A stretch of DNA of 64,000 bases from positions 667-64,666 of IMG/VR virus record IMGVR_UViG_3300047384_000085, one strand, 5' to 3'. Shown here in pieces: positions 38,406 to 48,568 of the stretch; the stretch's first letter is position 1, and every line of letters starts with the position of its first letter. The notes under the pieces were generated by a model, which had not been told where the DNA came from, ran no database searches, and saw nothing but the letters and a program-made list of their open reading frames with translations. The position numbers were made by a program, and so were the translations under genes. This DNA comes from a virus (Duplodnaviria > Caudoviricetes).

Positions 38406-39505
38406 TGAATGTAAATGGACATCACGACAAGACGTTACATGACTTAGGTCGAAGAGAGTTAAACCTTCGTCACTATAAGGTCGAGGAAGTCTTACCCGAT
38501 CATATTGTTGCTAGTTATCCGAAGTTAGTATCACTGTTGGAAACGTACTTTCAGTTTGAAGACCAAAGTTCGTCACCAACTGATCTTTTGAATGAACTGT
38601 TTACGTTAAGAGATATCACACAGACAGACATAGATCTGTTGTCTTTTCTTGAAGACGAGTTACTGTTAGGTCAGTCTTACTTCGAAGGATTCCAAGATAA
38701 GAGAGAGGCGGCAAAGTACTCTAATACTCTTTATAAGTCTAAGGGTACTAAGTATTCGATACAACAGTTTTTTCGTACTTTCTTTGGTATAGACCCAGAT
38801 GTGGTTTATACTAAGAACAACGTATTTAAACTTAATGAGTCTGAAGTAGGCCCATCGTCTCAGAGATATATTACGGACGATAAGTTATATCAAACATATG
38901 CAATTCAGGTGAAGAGTGAATTATCCATATCTAAATGGAGAGAAATCTATAAACTATTCGTACATCCTGCTGGCATGTACTTGGGTTCTCAGGTACAATT
39001 ACAGGGCGTAGTTGACATCGACTTCGAAATACAACCACCTCCTGGCTTGTTAGATATTCCACCACAAGAAGTGGAATGTATTGCAGATATGCCTCAGTTC
39101 GCATTCTCTGCTCACACTGCATTGTTCGATGTCCCAATGGATCATTTAGGCGGAGACGAAATGGAATTTAGAGCAACTATGGGTAACGCTAACACTGCAC
39201 CAAATGCTGGTAATGATGTGGGCGATTACGCAGATAAAACCATCGATGAGATACATGGACTACAAAGTAACATACTAGAACTACTAGAACCGAACTCACC
39301 GACATTCGATGAACATGATGATGACAGTGGTTCGTCAATGGGTCTATCAAGTCTAGAGACAATAGATCAGGATCAGTGGACTTGGCAGAATCGTATCCGA
39401 TCTGATGCGAACAATACATACATGCAGAATCACCCTAAAGGGCCGTCAATAGGCGACTCAGATGGTGAACTAACATTAGAAGAAATTATGAATAGTCTAG
39501 ATTAA
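38405..39505 (+). CDS. Baseplate wedge protein (gp7-like)
   Basis: LYKSKGTKYSIQQFFRTFF, YQTYA, FVHPAG. Confidence 0.7.
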   Translation: MNVNGHHDKTLHDLGRRELNLRHYKVEEVLPDHIVASYPKLVSLLETYFQFEDQSSSPTDLLNELFTLRDITQTDIDLLSFLEDELLLGQSYFEGFQDKREAAKYSNTLYKSKGTKYSIQQFFRTFFGIDPDVVYTKNNVFKLNESEVGPSSQRYITDDKLYQTYAIQVKSELSISKWREIYKLFVHPAGMYLGSQVQLQGVVDIDFEIQPPPGLLDIPPQEVECIADMPQFAFSAHTALFDVPMDHLGGDEMEFRATMGNANTAPNAGNDVGDYADKTIDEIHGLQSNILELLEPNSPTFDEHDDDSGSSMGLSSLETIDQDQWTWQNRIRSDANNTYMQNHPKGPSIGDSDGELTLEEIMNSLD

Positions 39506-39521
39506 ACGCTAGGTTAAAACG

Positions 39522-39529
39522 TATAAATA
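39522..39529 (+). promoter_or_regulatory. T4-type late promoter
   Basis: TATAAATA. Confidence 0.8.
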
Positions 39530-39559
39530 GAATCATAGAACTTTTAGGTAAAGGTCAAA

Positions 39560-40576
39560 ATGACAAAACAAGTATTAAATAGAGGCACAATTGCAAACGA
39601 TGGTACAGGAGATACTCTCCGTACTGCTGGTTTGAAGATCAATGCCAACTTCGATGAGTTATATCAATTTCTTGGTGGGAAGACTGACGGAACACTTTCC
39701 ACACAGATAGGAATAGAAAATGATGCGGTTGTTTTTGAAGGAACTTCATCTGATGATTTTGAAGTTAGATTGAAGGCTGCGAACGCAACGGCGGATCGTA
39801 TTCTTACTCTTCCAAATGCGGATGGTGAATTTGTACTTACGGTTGCGACCCAGACATTGACCAATAAGACAATTACCAACCCGACCGTTTCCGATCTAGT
39901 AATTACTGACGGTGGTTCTAACCACGAATATTCTCTAATTGCGTCTGACATAGCTGCGGATAGAAACATAAACTTGCCGGCATTATTAGATAGTGATGAA
40001 CTTACGTTTAATGACCACACACAGACATTAACAAATAAAACTTTAACCTCTCCAACAATTTCTTCACCGAGAGTTAAAGAGGCTATTAGAGATTCTAGTA
40101 GTAACGAATTAATTGATTTCTCACCCACAACTAGTGCAGTCAATCATATACAGGTTGTCAACAACGTTGATGGTTTAAACCCTAGAATCTCTGCGGTGGG
40201 TGATAATACCAATATCAACTTAGAGTTATATGGTAAAGGTACTGGTTCGGTTGCGGTAGAATCTAAACTGACATTAAAAACAGAAGGTATCACCACTAGT
40301 GGCGTTACTGTTAGTCTTAATGCACCAATATCATATTTCAATAAAGCTTCAGGTACTAACACTGCCACTTTACCGAATGGTGTAGAAGATGGTGAAGTCA
40401 AATATTTAATAAACATAAACCAAACTGGTAGTTATACAATTGCTATTACTGGTAACCCATCTGGTGTACAGTCAGTAGTATTACCTCCGAACAAGTCGGT
40501 TCAACTGATTTGGGCATCTGTGGGCGGAACACAAAATTGGTACGTAATTTCAAATAACGGCGCAACGATTTCATAG
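39560..40576 (+). CDS. Baseplate tail-fibre connector (gp9/gp10-like N-terminus)
   Basis: NDGTGDTLRTAGLKINANFDELY; two TQTLTNKT repeats. Confidence 0.75.
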   Translation: MTKQVLNRGTIANDGTGDTLRTAGLKINANFDELYQFLGGKTDGTLSTQIGIENDAVVFEGTSSDDFEVRLKAANATADRILTLPNADGEFVLTVATQTLTNKTITNPTVSDLVITDGGSNHEYSLIASDIAADRNINLPALLDSDELTFNDHTQTLTNKTLTSPTISSPRVKEAIRDSSSNELIDFSPTTSAVNHIQVVNNVDGLNPRISAVGDNTNINLELYGKGTGSVAVESKLTLKTEGITTSGVTVSLNAPISYFNKASGTNTATLPNGVEDGEVKYLININQTGSYTIAITGNPSGVQSVVLPPNKSVQLIWASVGGTQNWYVISNNGATIS

Positions 40577-40585
40577 GAAAAGTAA

Positions 40586-42040
40586 ATGAGTGCTATAGTA
40601 ACAGACAAAATTAAAAAACAATTTCTTGAAGACATGTTCAAGGATTTCGATTCGGCTGGTGTAAGGTATTATGCTGGTATTGCTCGTTCAGAACAATGGG
40701 ATGATCAAGACAATGTTGCGACTCCGCAACCACGTAAAAGAGATGAACGTGATGCACGAATGAACATGCAATCTGTTAAAAATATTACTGACAGATCTTT
40801 CGTTGTTCCTCGTAGTAACTGGTCTTCTGGTACACAGTACTCGCCCTATGACGATAATCACATTGGTTATCCGTTACAACCTTACTATGTAATGAATAGT
40901 AACCAAGAAATATACGTTTGTTTACAACAAGGTAGAGATGCAAACGGAACTCCAGTAAACTCTACAACTCAACCTACTGGTAACACTACAGGAGTACCGT
41001 TCACTACTGCGGACGGATATGTTTGGAAATTCTTATATTCTATCGGTGCGTTACTTGCATCTAAATTTTTGTCTTCTTCATACATACCTGTACAATTAGT
41101 TGATTCTGACGAAGCTGCATCTGTTGATGCGACTGCGGAACAAGTGGAACAACGTGCGGTACAATTAGCGGCAACGCCTGGTGAGATAGTAGGCGTTCAA
41201 GTAGTTGGCGGTGGTAACAATTATACAGGTACACCAACCGCAAAAATTGATGGTGATGGTACAGGCGCTGAGGTAGTTGCTATAGTTAGTGGTAACTCTG
41301 TAGTTAACTTGAGAGTTAAACAAGATTCAGACGGAAACCTTCAAGGAACTAACCCAAATGGTTGGTCAACTGGTTCATTCCGTGGTTCTGGTTACAAACG
41401 TGCTAGTATAAGTTTCACTGGTGGTGGCGGTACAGGTGCATCTGGACGAGTTATTTTAGGCCCAGAAAATGGTCTGGGTGCCGACCCAAGAGATGATTTA
41501 AAATCTGGCGCATGTATGTTTAACGCCAAGATTGATGGTGCTGAAGGTGGAGACTTCTTACTAGGTGACAACACTTTCCGTCAAGTTTTACTTTTGCGTA
41601 ATCCATTGGTTAGAGATTCTGCTAATAGATCAGAACTGGATTTCTTTACGGATGCGACAGGAAGTACTTTGGACAGAGTTATCTTAACTTCGATAAATGG
41701 TTCGTTTGTGGAAGACCAGTTCATCACTGCTCAGAACGGAGATACTCCATTCTCAAAAGCATATATCGACACGGTTGACTCAGTTTCTGTTGATGGTTCA
41801 CAAGCGAGATTATTGGTACACCAAAATGAAGGAACAGGATTCACACCCTTTATCGGTCAAAGTGTCACATTAGATGTGGCAGATGGTAATGGTACTAACA
41901 CAGGAAAGATCTTGCAAAACAATTACATTCGAGGTGAGGTAGATCCGCTTTCTGGAGAACTCCTATATATTGATAACAGAGCGGCAGTTGACCGTTCATC
42001 TGAACAAACCGAAGATTTAAAAATCGTAATACAACTCTAG
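40586..42040 (+). CDS. gp8: Baseplate wedge subunit
   Basis: VPRSNWSSG, YYVMN, YVCL, DGYVWKFLY, SGELLYIDNR...QTEDLKIVIQL. Confidence 0.88.
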   Translation: MSAIVTDKIKKQFLEDMFKDFDSAGVRYYAGIARSEQWDDQDNVATPQPRKRDERDARMNMQSVKNITDRSFVVPRSNWSSGTQYSPYDDNHIGYPLQPYYVMNSNQEIYVCLQQGRDANGTPVNSTTQPTGNTTGVPFTTADGYVWKFLYSIGALLASKFLSSSYIPVQLVDSDEAASVDATAEQVEQRAVQLAATPGEIVGVQVVGGGNNYTGTPTAKIDGDGTGAEVVAIVSGNSVVNLRVKQDSDGNLQGTNPNGWSTGSFRGSGYKRASISFTGGGGTGASGRVILGPENGLGADPRDDLKSGACMFNAKIDGAEGGDFLLGDNTFRQVLLLRNPLVRDSANRSELDFFTDATGSTLDRVILTSINGSFVEDQFITAQNGDTPFSKAYIDTVDSVSVDGSQARLLVHQNEGTGFTPFIGQSVTLDVADGNGTNTGKILQNNYIRGEVDPLSGELLYIDNRAAVDRSSEQTEDLKIVIQL

Positions 42041-42054
42041 GGTAATATAGAAAA

Positions 42055-45000
42055 ATGTCAACGACTTATACAGAAAACACCTTTGCTACCACCTATAAAG
42101 ATGATTACGATAGAACTAAAAATTATCATAAGATTCTATTCAATAGTGGTAAAGCGCTACAAGCAAGAGAGTTAACTCAGTTACAATCAGTAATACAAGA
42201 ACAATTTTCTCAACTTGCTGGGAACTTATTCACTGAGGGTGCATCTATATCCCCAGGCTCCTTCCGAGTAGATAATGAATTAGAATTTATAAAAATAAGT
42301 TCTGCAACACCGTTTCCATCAGACCCAAGTGTATTAGAAGGTCTAACTTTTGAGATCGGATCTACTGGAAGCAACAAAGAATTTCTGGTCGTCAATGCAA
42401 TTGCTGCTGAAGGAGATGATCCAGATACACTAATTGTTGAGTATACCAAAGATCAGGTAGGTGGAGAGACTGGTACTAGGGCTCAAGCCGGAGAATCTTT
42501 GATTGGTGCTTCTGCCGGAACCACGTACACATTTAGTGTCCAGTCTGAAAACACTTCTACTAATTCTGCTGTCGGTCTAGGTTCTGCTATATCTGTTGAC
42601 GAAGGTCATTTCTTCATACAAGGTCACGTTGTTTATTGTCCTCCACAAAAACTAATTTTCCGTAAATATGAAACTAATCAATCGAGTCGTTTCGGTTTTA
42701 AAGTTACGCAAGATATTGTAAATGTCGATGATGACGTATCATTGTATGATAATCAGGGAGAGACTCCAAATCTAACATCGCCTGGTGCTGACAGATATCG
42801 TATCCAACTCACTCTTGCTGATGCGAGAGTAGTTTTAAATGAAGATGATTTCATTCCGATCGTTGAAGTTGTGGGTGGTCAAATTGTTTCTAAAACAACG
42901 ACTAGTTCTGGATTTAAATCTATTAGAGATGAAATGGCGATCAGAACGTATGAAGAATCTGGTGATTACGTTAAACGTTATTTCCGTGCTTCATTTGAAC
43001 CCAATGATGACACAACTTTCAAGTTAAAAGTATCGCCTGGAACCGCATACGTTAGGGGTTATCGTATTAATAAAGATGCCTCTACGACTATCATTTCTGA
43101 TAAACCGACCGATACTATTTCTAGGAATAACGACACCGTAACAGTTGACTATGCAAACTTTTTATTATATACTGACGGTAAGGGTAGTATGCCCGACTTC
43201 TCGACATGTGAAAAAATAGACATTCATGATGCTGCCAATGGTGGTGGTAACAAAATTGGTACATGTCGTGTTCGTGGTATAAACATTAGCGGTACTGTTG
43301 CTGGTACTAAAAAACTACATATTTTTGATCTACAGATAACGGACGAAACTAAGAGTATCCGTGATATTCAGTCTGTTGTGACTAATTCTGGAGCTCCGAC
43401 TACCAACTACCTAAACATATATCGAACTAACAACAGTACTAAACTTTATCAAAGTGAAAAGAAAGGTGTTATCTTCGATAGTCCCTTACCTAGACCCAAG
43501 ACGTTTAGTGATCACGTATACACTGTAGCTAAAAAGAAAAGTTTTAGTCTTTCAGGAGCAACTACGCACTCATTCAGTAACAGTAGTTCTGACACCAGTC
43601 TATCTAACGGTAGTGCATGGATCGTTTCATCTGCGGATTCTGATGAGGTTTCTGATGCGGTTGTCACTTTCAGTGGAAATGATGCCGAGATTTCGGGTCT
43701 GGTTGACGGTGAAACTTACGACTTAATGTATTTCGAACAACTCAGTGCTCCAGTTAGAAAGAATAAAACACTGAAAACACATACCGCCACTTATAATATA
43801 GATTCTGACGGTGTAGGTCAAGAGTTAATTGAGTTAGGAAAAATCGACCTTTATAGAGTTAATTCTGTTAGAGAAGATAGCGCAAACGGTAGAAATGTAC
43901 TAGGTGTGTTTGGTATTGATAATGGACAAAGAGATACTCATTACGATGAAGCTAAACTACTCTTCAGGGGTGGTGGATTAAGGGATAGTTCTTCGGTTGT
44001 TCCGATCCACGTTTCTTTTGATTTCTTTGAACACACAGCAGGGGACTTCTTTGACGTTAGTTCATATAGTCTTCCTTATGTAGATATACCAGTACATAGA
44101 ACTGCGAATAGTAGACTAGTAAATTTACGTGATGTGGTTGACTTACGTCCATCTATCAATCCATCTACTGGTGCGTTTAGTGTTTCTGACGTATTGGGTC
44201 TACCACAGTCAAACTCAGTCATAACCTGTGACGGTGAGTATTTTATGCCTCGTCTTGACAAATTAGTATTGTCAAAAGGTGGTGAGTTACGTTTGATTCA
44301 GGGTGTATCTTCAATGCAACCTAAGTATCCATCAACTCCTGTAGACTGTATTGATCTCTACAAGATTCATATGAATGCGAACACAATGCATGTTAAAGAT
44401 CTTGAGACTACTATTATTCCAAGACGTGGTTACACGATGGAAGATATCAATAAGATCGAAAAACGAATCGATAAACTAGAGGAAGCAACAACGCTTTCCC
44501 TATTAGAGTCTAACGCAGCTAACGAAAGAATATTTGACGATACTGGTGAAGAAAGAATACACACAGGTTTCTTTGTAGATAACTTCAAGAATCAGAGATT
44601 CACTGATACTAAGAGTATTGAACACAGAGCGTCAATGGATCCATCTAAGGGACTCATCAGACCATCATACAAATGTAAGTCGATTTTCTTAAAATATGAC
44701 AGTGCCGAATCAACAGATACCGTTAAGAAAGGCGATAACATCTATCTTAACCATACCGAGACTCCTTATTTGTCTCAAACTATGGCATCTAAGACTATCA
44801 ATGTTAACCCATTCCACGTTGAGAAGACTCATGGTGATTTAGTATTATCACCGTCCAAAGATACTTGGAAGAATTTAGATCACCAAGCACCACTTGTGAT
44901 TGATGCTGGTACAGAGTTTAATACTGATGCCGCTTTACTTTGGAACGACTGGGAAAACAGTTGGGGTGGTATAGCACCTAATGACCTACAAGTAGGTATG

Positions 45001-48000
45001 ACTTCAGATCCTCTAGTACAACAAACATCTAAGACTACACTAGAAGGTGAGAACACCTCATTTGTTGGTCAGAGAGTGACTACAGAACCAGGCGACTGGG
45101 TTAAGACTGGTTCTACGTCCAGTTCTCAGGTACTCCACACTGGTCAAGTGATCCTTGGTCAAGAGAAAAATGATGTAGTAGGTGCCTCGAAAGTTGTTAC
45201 TAAGAGTAAAACTGTACCTTATGTACATAAAAGAATTGCCAAACCTTGGTCGTTCCTGAAGACTGGTCATCACAACTGGGGGCCTAAAGTAGGTGATGAG
45301 TGGGTATTCACTGTTCCGAATGGTCATACGAAACGAAACGGTAAATTCCATTTCGCTTCATGTGGTAGAAGTCGTCACCACGAACACTTTGATCTCTTCT
45401 ATCAGAGAACATCGAATACTTCTGGTGAATCAGGTAATCCATACACAACCGCATCATGGATTCGAAACCCAGAACCACGTGTAGTTTATCTAAATGATGG
45501 TGATAAGTTCCTAATGAGAAGTGTCTCTAAGGGTAAAGCTCACTTAAATTGGTATAACCATTCTAAAGGTAAGAAGGGTAGGGCAAATGTCTACAATGGT
45601 TATGCTCCTAGAACGTCCACCGCACGTATCAAAGAATACTACACAGATGTTAGTACTGAACTAACAACTTACTCTAAAAATGTGGGTATTAAAGAAACAA
45701 CCACTAACACGTCTCTTGCTAAAACAGATACGATAACGACTGAGAATCAACACTTAACGACACAAGAGTACAACACTGCCACCGAAACAACTACTTCGGT
45801 TAACAGAATTACTGCTGAAAGTGTACTCACAGAAATAGTTGATGAACGAGTGTTGCAGATAATCCATATCCCTTGGATGCGTTCTCGTAAGGTATCATTC
45901 AAGGCGACTGGACTAAGACCAAATACTCAGTACTTCCCATTCTTTAATGATACTGATGTGAGTCGTTTCTGTAAGACAAAGACTTTCTATAAGTCATCGA
46001 CAATTGCAGATCCAAATTATGAAGATAGTGATAATGCGAGAATGATTCCAGAAGTAGAACTACCTCCATCAACTCAACACTCCGAAGGTTTTGGTGACTT
46101 AATATCGAATAGCAATGGTGTTCTTGAGGGTGAGTTCGAGGTTCCTAATATAGTTGAACCTCCAATGCGATTCCCTACTGGAACAGCGATATTTGAATTA
46201 TTTGATATTAGTGTTCCAGACAAGAAAAATGCATTATCTTATGCTTCTCAGTTCTACACCGCTTCAGGTGTGATCGAGAGTCTGAGTGGTGAGTATACTA
46301 TTACGAATACACGTGTATTAGAAGTTTCTGGTAATGCAACCACTAAAGTAGATAATGATAGGTACACAACACATACAGTTAGTACAGATGAAGTTGTCAC
46401 ATTCGATACACAAACTGATGAAAAAACAGAGATTACTAAATCTACGGTATATGGGCCAACAGAAACTAATTCTGTAACTATAGGTAACAGAACAGAACAT
46501 GTCGGAACTAACGTAACATACGATTATGCTCAAGGTACTACTGGTTTAGCAGGACACGTTTATCAGAATAAAAAGTCTTCAATACCTAAATATGGTACTG
46601 GTGATGGTAAAGTTGTTGTTCAACCAAAAGGCGCTAAGTATAAGGACGAAGATCCGACTGCACAATCATTTGAGGTACTTGATCCAAATGGTATCTTCTT
46701 AACTCGTTTAAGATTGTTCTTTGAATCAAAACCTGGCACTAACGATGTTCAACATGGTGTTAGTATTGCGATTACCGAAGCACCTGCTGGTTTCCCTGAT
46801 CGTACTCGAAGAGTTCCAGGCTCACTTGTTCATTTGGACGCTTCTGATGTTAAAACTATAAGTGGAAATATTAACATCGGTGACATGCTTGCACAAGGTA
46901 CTGACTTTGTATTTGATGAACCCATCTTCTTAGAAGGCAATGGTGCTAACTATGCGATTATCATTAGATCTAAGTCTATGGAATATAAGATGTATATCTC
47001 CGAAGTACAGGACTTCTTATTAGGTTCTACGACTCAACGTATCCACAAACAACCGACTCTAGGTTCGTTATTTGTATCTCAGAACACAGATGTTTGGGAA
47101 CCACGTGGTCAACAAGATCTTGCATATATGATGTATCGTGCAGACTTTGAAAACAAAGGTAAAGTTGTTCTGAAGAACCGAAAGGTCAGACCAACAGTTC
47201 TTGTCGCAAATCCAATAATGACAGAAATTGAAGGAGACGTTACGACTGATTCTGATGGTAACCTGATTGCTGATAATACTAACATATTCGATGGGAACGG
47301 AAAGTCTTATGTGACGATATTCTGTGAAGGACATGGTCTAAGAGCGGGAGACCGAACAAGAATATTTGGATTGAACGCTTCCGCATCTTACAATGGCATC
47401 CAAGGTGTTCAAATGAGTGGGTTACAAACCGTTGTGTCCGCAGATGCTACCAGTATCAAAATCTTAACTAACGGAACGGCAACATCGTCTGGAAGAACTG
47501 GAGGCGGTGAATTAAGATTGATGCAACACGTACCGTTTGAATTAATTAGACCAGATTTAGATGTTCTACAACCAGAAACAACTAACTACACGTTCTCTGC
47601 AAAAATGACACGTAATACACCATTAAGTGGTTTGGATATTAATGATCGATTTGCCATAGATGACAACTTCACTTTGATGCGAAATAAAACTAACGTAACT
47701 TTGGATAAAGATTACGCTGTATTTAACAGTTATGAAGAAGATACTGAAGGTTCTTTCGCAATAACGGATACTAATGATCGGAATAAATCCATGACCACTC
47801 ATGTAGTCATGACTACGTCCGATACACGTGTAAGTCCAGTAATTGATATGGAATCGGCAGATCTTAAACTGACACATAATATTATCGACAATACCGATGA
47901 GAATATTGAAGATGAGTTTGAACTGTCTACATCTAGTGCTGACGAATATAGAGTCACAGGAGGATTAGACGAAGAAGAAGTGGCTGGAGGTACTGTTGCT

Positions 48001-48345
48001 TCCAAACACGTATGTATCCCTATCAGTCTAACGGAAACTTCTCGTGGTTTATCAGTTAAAATGAGTGTTAACAGACCACCAGACACAGGTATCGGTTTGT
48101 ACTACAGAACTTGTCCGAAAGATGTGAACATAAAAGATATTTCTTGGGAATATGCTGAACCAGTAACTCAAATGCCATCAGATACAAATAAAAATACTTT
48201 CCGTGAGTATCAGTATTTGATAGGTGGTGAGACAGGTGAATTAGATCCATTTGATAGATTCCAATTGAAGATAACTTTTGGTAGTACATCATCTGCCAAG
48301 GTTCCAGTAGTTAAATCATTGAGGGCAATTGCACTTGCAGACTGA
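42055..48345 (+). CDS. Large virion structural protein (VrlC/DUF4815-like)
   Basis: YKDDY...KILF...LQARELTQLQS, PGADR, RTYEESGDY, YTMEDI, GFFVDNF, AQSF, GSLFVSQN; 2096 aa. Confidence 0.8.
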   Translation: MSTTYTENTFATTYKDDYDRTKNYHKILFNSGKALQARELTQLQSVIQEQFSQLAGNLFTEGASISPGSFRVDNELEFIKISSATPFPSDPSVLEGLTFEIGSTGSNKEFLVVNAIAAEGDDPDTLIVEYTKDQVGGETGTRAQAGESLIGASAGTTYTFSVQSENTSTNSAVGLGSAISVDEGHFFIQGHVVYCPPQKLIFRKYETNQSSRFGFKVTQDIVNVDDDVSLYDNQGETPNLTSPGADRYRIQLTLADARVVLNEDDFIPIVEVVGGQIVSKTTTSSGFKSIRDEMAIRTYEESGDYVKRYFRASFEPNDDTTFKLKVSPGTAYVRGYRINKDASTTIISDKPTDTISRNNDTVTVDYANFLLYTDGKGSMPDFSTCEKIDIHDAANGGGNKIGTCRVRGINISGTVAGTKKLHIFDLQITDETKSIRDIQSVVTNSGAPTTNYLNIYRTNNSTKLYQSEKKGVIFDSPLPRPKTFSDHVYTVAKKKSFSLSGATTHSFSNSSSDTSLSNGSAWIVSSADSDEVSDAVVTFSGNDAEISGLVDGETYDLMYFEQLSAPVRKNKTLKTHTATYNIDSDGVGQELIELGKIDLYRVNSVREDSANGRNVLGVFGIDNGQRDTHYDEAKLLFRGGGLRDSSSVVPIHVSFDFFEHTAGDFFDVSSYSLPYVDIPVHRTANSRLVNLRDVVDLRPSINPSTGAFSVSDVLGLPQSNSVITCDGEYFMPRLDKLVLSKGGELRLIQGVSSMQPKYPSTPVDCIDLYKIHMNANTMHVKDLETTIIPRRGYTMEDINKIEKRIDKLEEATTLSLLESNAANERIFDDTGEERIHTGFFVDNFKNQRFTDTKSIEHRASMDPSKGLIRPSYKCKSIFLKYDSAESTDTVKKGDNIYLNHTETPYLSQTMASKTINVNPFHVEKTHGDLVLSPSKDTWKNLDHQAPLVIDAGTEFNTDAALLWNDWENSWGGIAPNDLQVGMTSDPLVQQTSKTTLEGENTSFVGQRVTTEPGDWVKTGSTSSSQVLHTGQVILGQEKNDVVGASKVVTKSKTVPYVHKRIAKPWSFLKTGHHNWGPKVGDEWVFTVPNGHTKRNGKFHFASCGRSRHHEHFDLFYQRTSNTSGESGNPYTTASWIRNPEPRVVYLNDGDKFLMRSVSKGKAHLNWYNHSKGKKGRANVYNGYAPRTSTARIKEYYTDVSTELTTYSKNVGIKETTTNTSLAKTDTITTENQHLTTQEYNTATETTTSVNRITAESVLTEIVDERVLQIIHIPWMRSRKVSFKATGLRPNTQYFPFFNDTDVSRFCKTKTFYKSSTIADPNYEDSDNARMIPEVELPPSTQHSEGFGDLISNSNGVLEGEFEVPNIVEPPMRFPTGTAIFELFDISVPDKKNALSYASQFYTASGVIESLSGEYTITNTRVLEVSGNATTKVDNDRYTTHTVSTDEVVTFDTQTDEKTEITKSTVYGPTETNSVTIGNRTEHVGTNVTYDYAQGTTGLAGHVYQNKKSSIPKYGTGDGKVVVQPKGAKYKDEDPTAQSFEVLDPNGIFLTRLRLFFESKPGTNDVQHGVSIAITEAPAGFPDRTRRVPGSLVHLDASDVKTISGNINIGDMLAQGTDFVFDEPIFLEGNGANYAIIIRSKSMEYKMYISEVQDFLLGSTTQRIHKQPTLGSLFVSQNTDVWEPRGQQDLAYMMYRADFENKGKVVLKNRKVRPTVLVANPIMTEIEGDVTTDSDGNLIADNTNIFDGNGKSYVTIFCEGHGLRAGDRTRIFGLNASASYNGIQGVQMSGLQTVVSADATSIKILTNGTATSSGRTGGGELRLMQHVPFELIRPDLDVLQPETTNYTFSAKMTRNTPLSGLDINDRFAIDDNFTLMRNKTNVTLDKDYAVFNSYEEDTEGSFAITDTNDRNKSMTTHVVMTTSDTRVSPVIDMESADLKLTHNIIDNTDENIEDEFELSTSSADEYRVTGGLDEEEVAGGTVASKHVCIPISLTETSRGLSVKMSVNRPPDTGIGLYYRTCPKDVNIKDISWEYAEPVTQMPSDTNKNTFREYQYLIGGETGELDPFDRFQLKITFGSTSSAKVPVVKSLRAIALAD

Positions 48346-48568
48346 TAAATTAATACCAGTAGAGGGTCATGGGGATTTAGCCCGTGACCCAAATACTGGG
48401 GCTATAGTTAATATAAATAGTAAAAAGATACAAGAATCTCGTCAGAGAAGAAATATCAAAAGACAACGTTTACAAGAACAAGAAGAATTGAAAGCAAAAG
48501 TTGAAAACTTAGAGTACGATATCTCTGATATAAAAGACATGCTTTCGCAACTTATAGAGAAACTATAA
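48329..48568 (+). CDS. Small coiled-coil protein
   Basis: VEGHGDLARDPNTGAIVN followed by heptad repeats. Confidence 0.7.
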   Translation: MHLQTDKLIPVEGHGDLARDPNTGAIVNINSKKIQESRQRRNIKRQRLQEQEELKAKVENLEYDISDIKDMLSQLIEKL

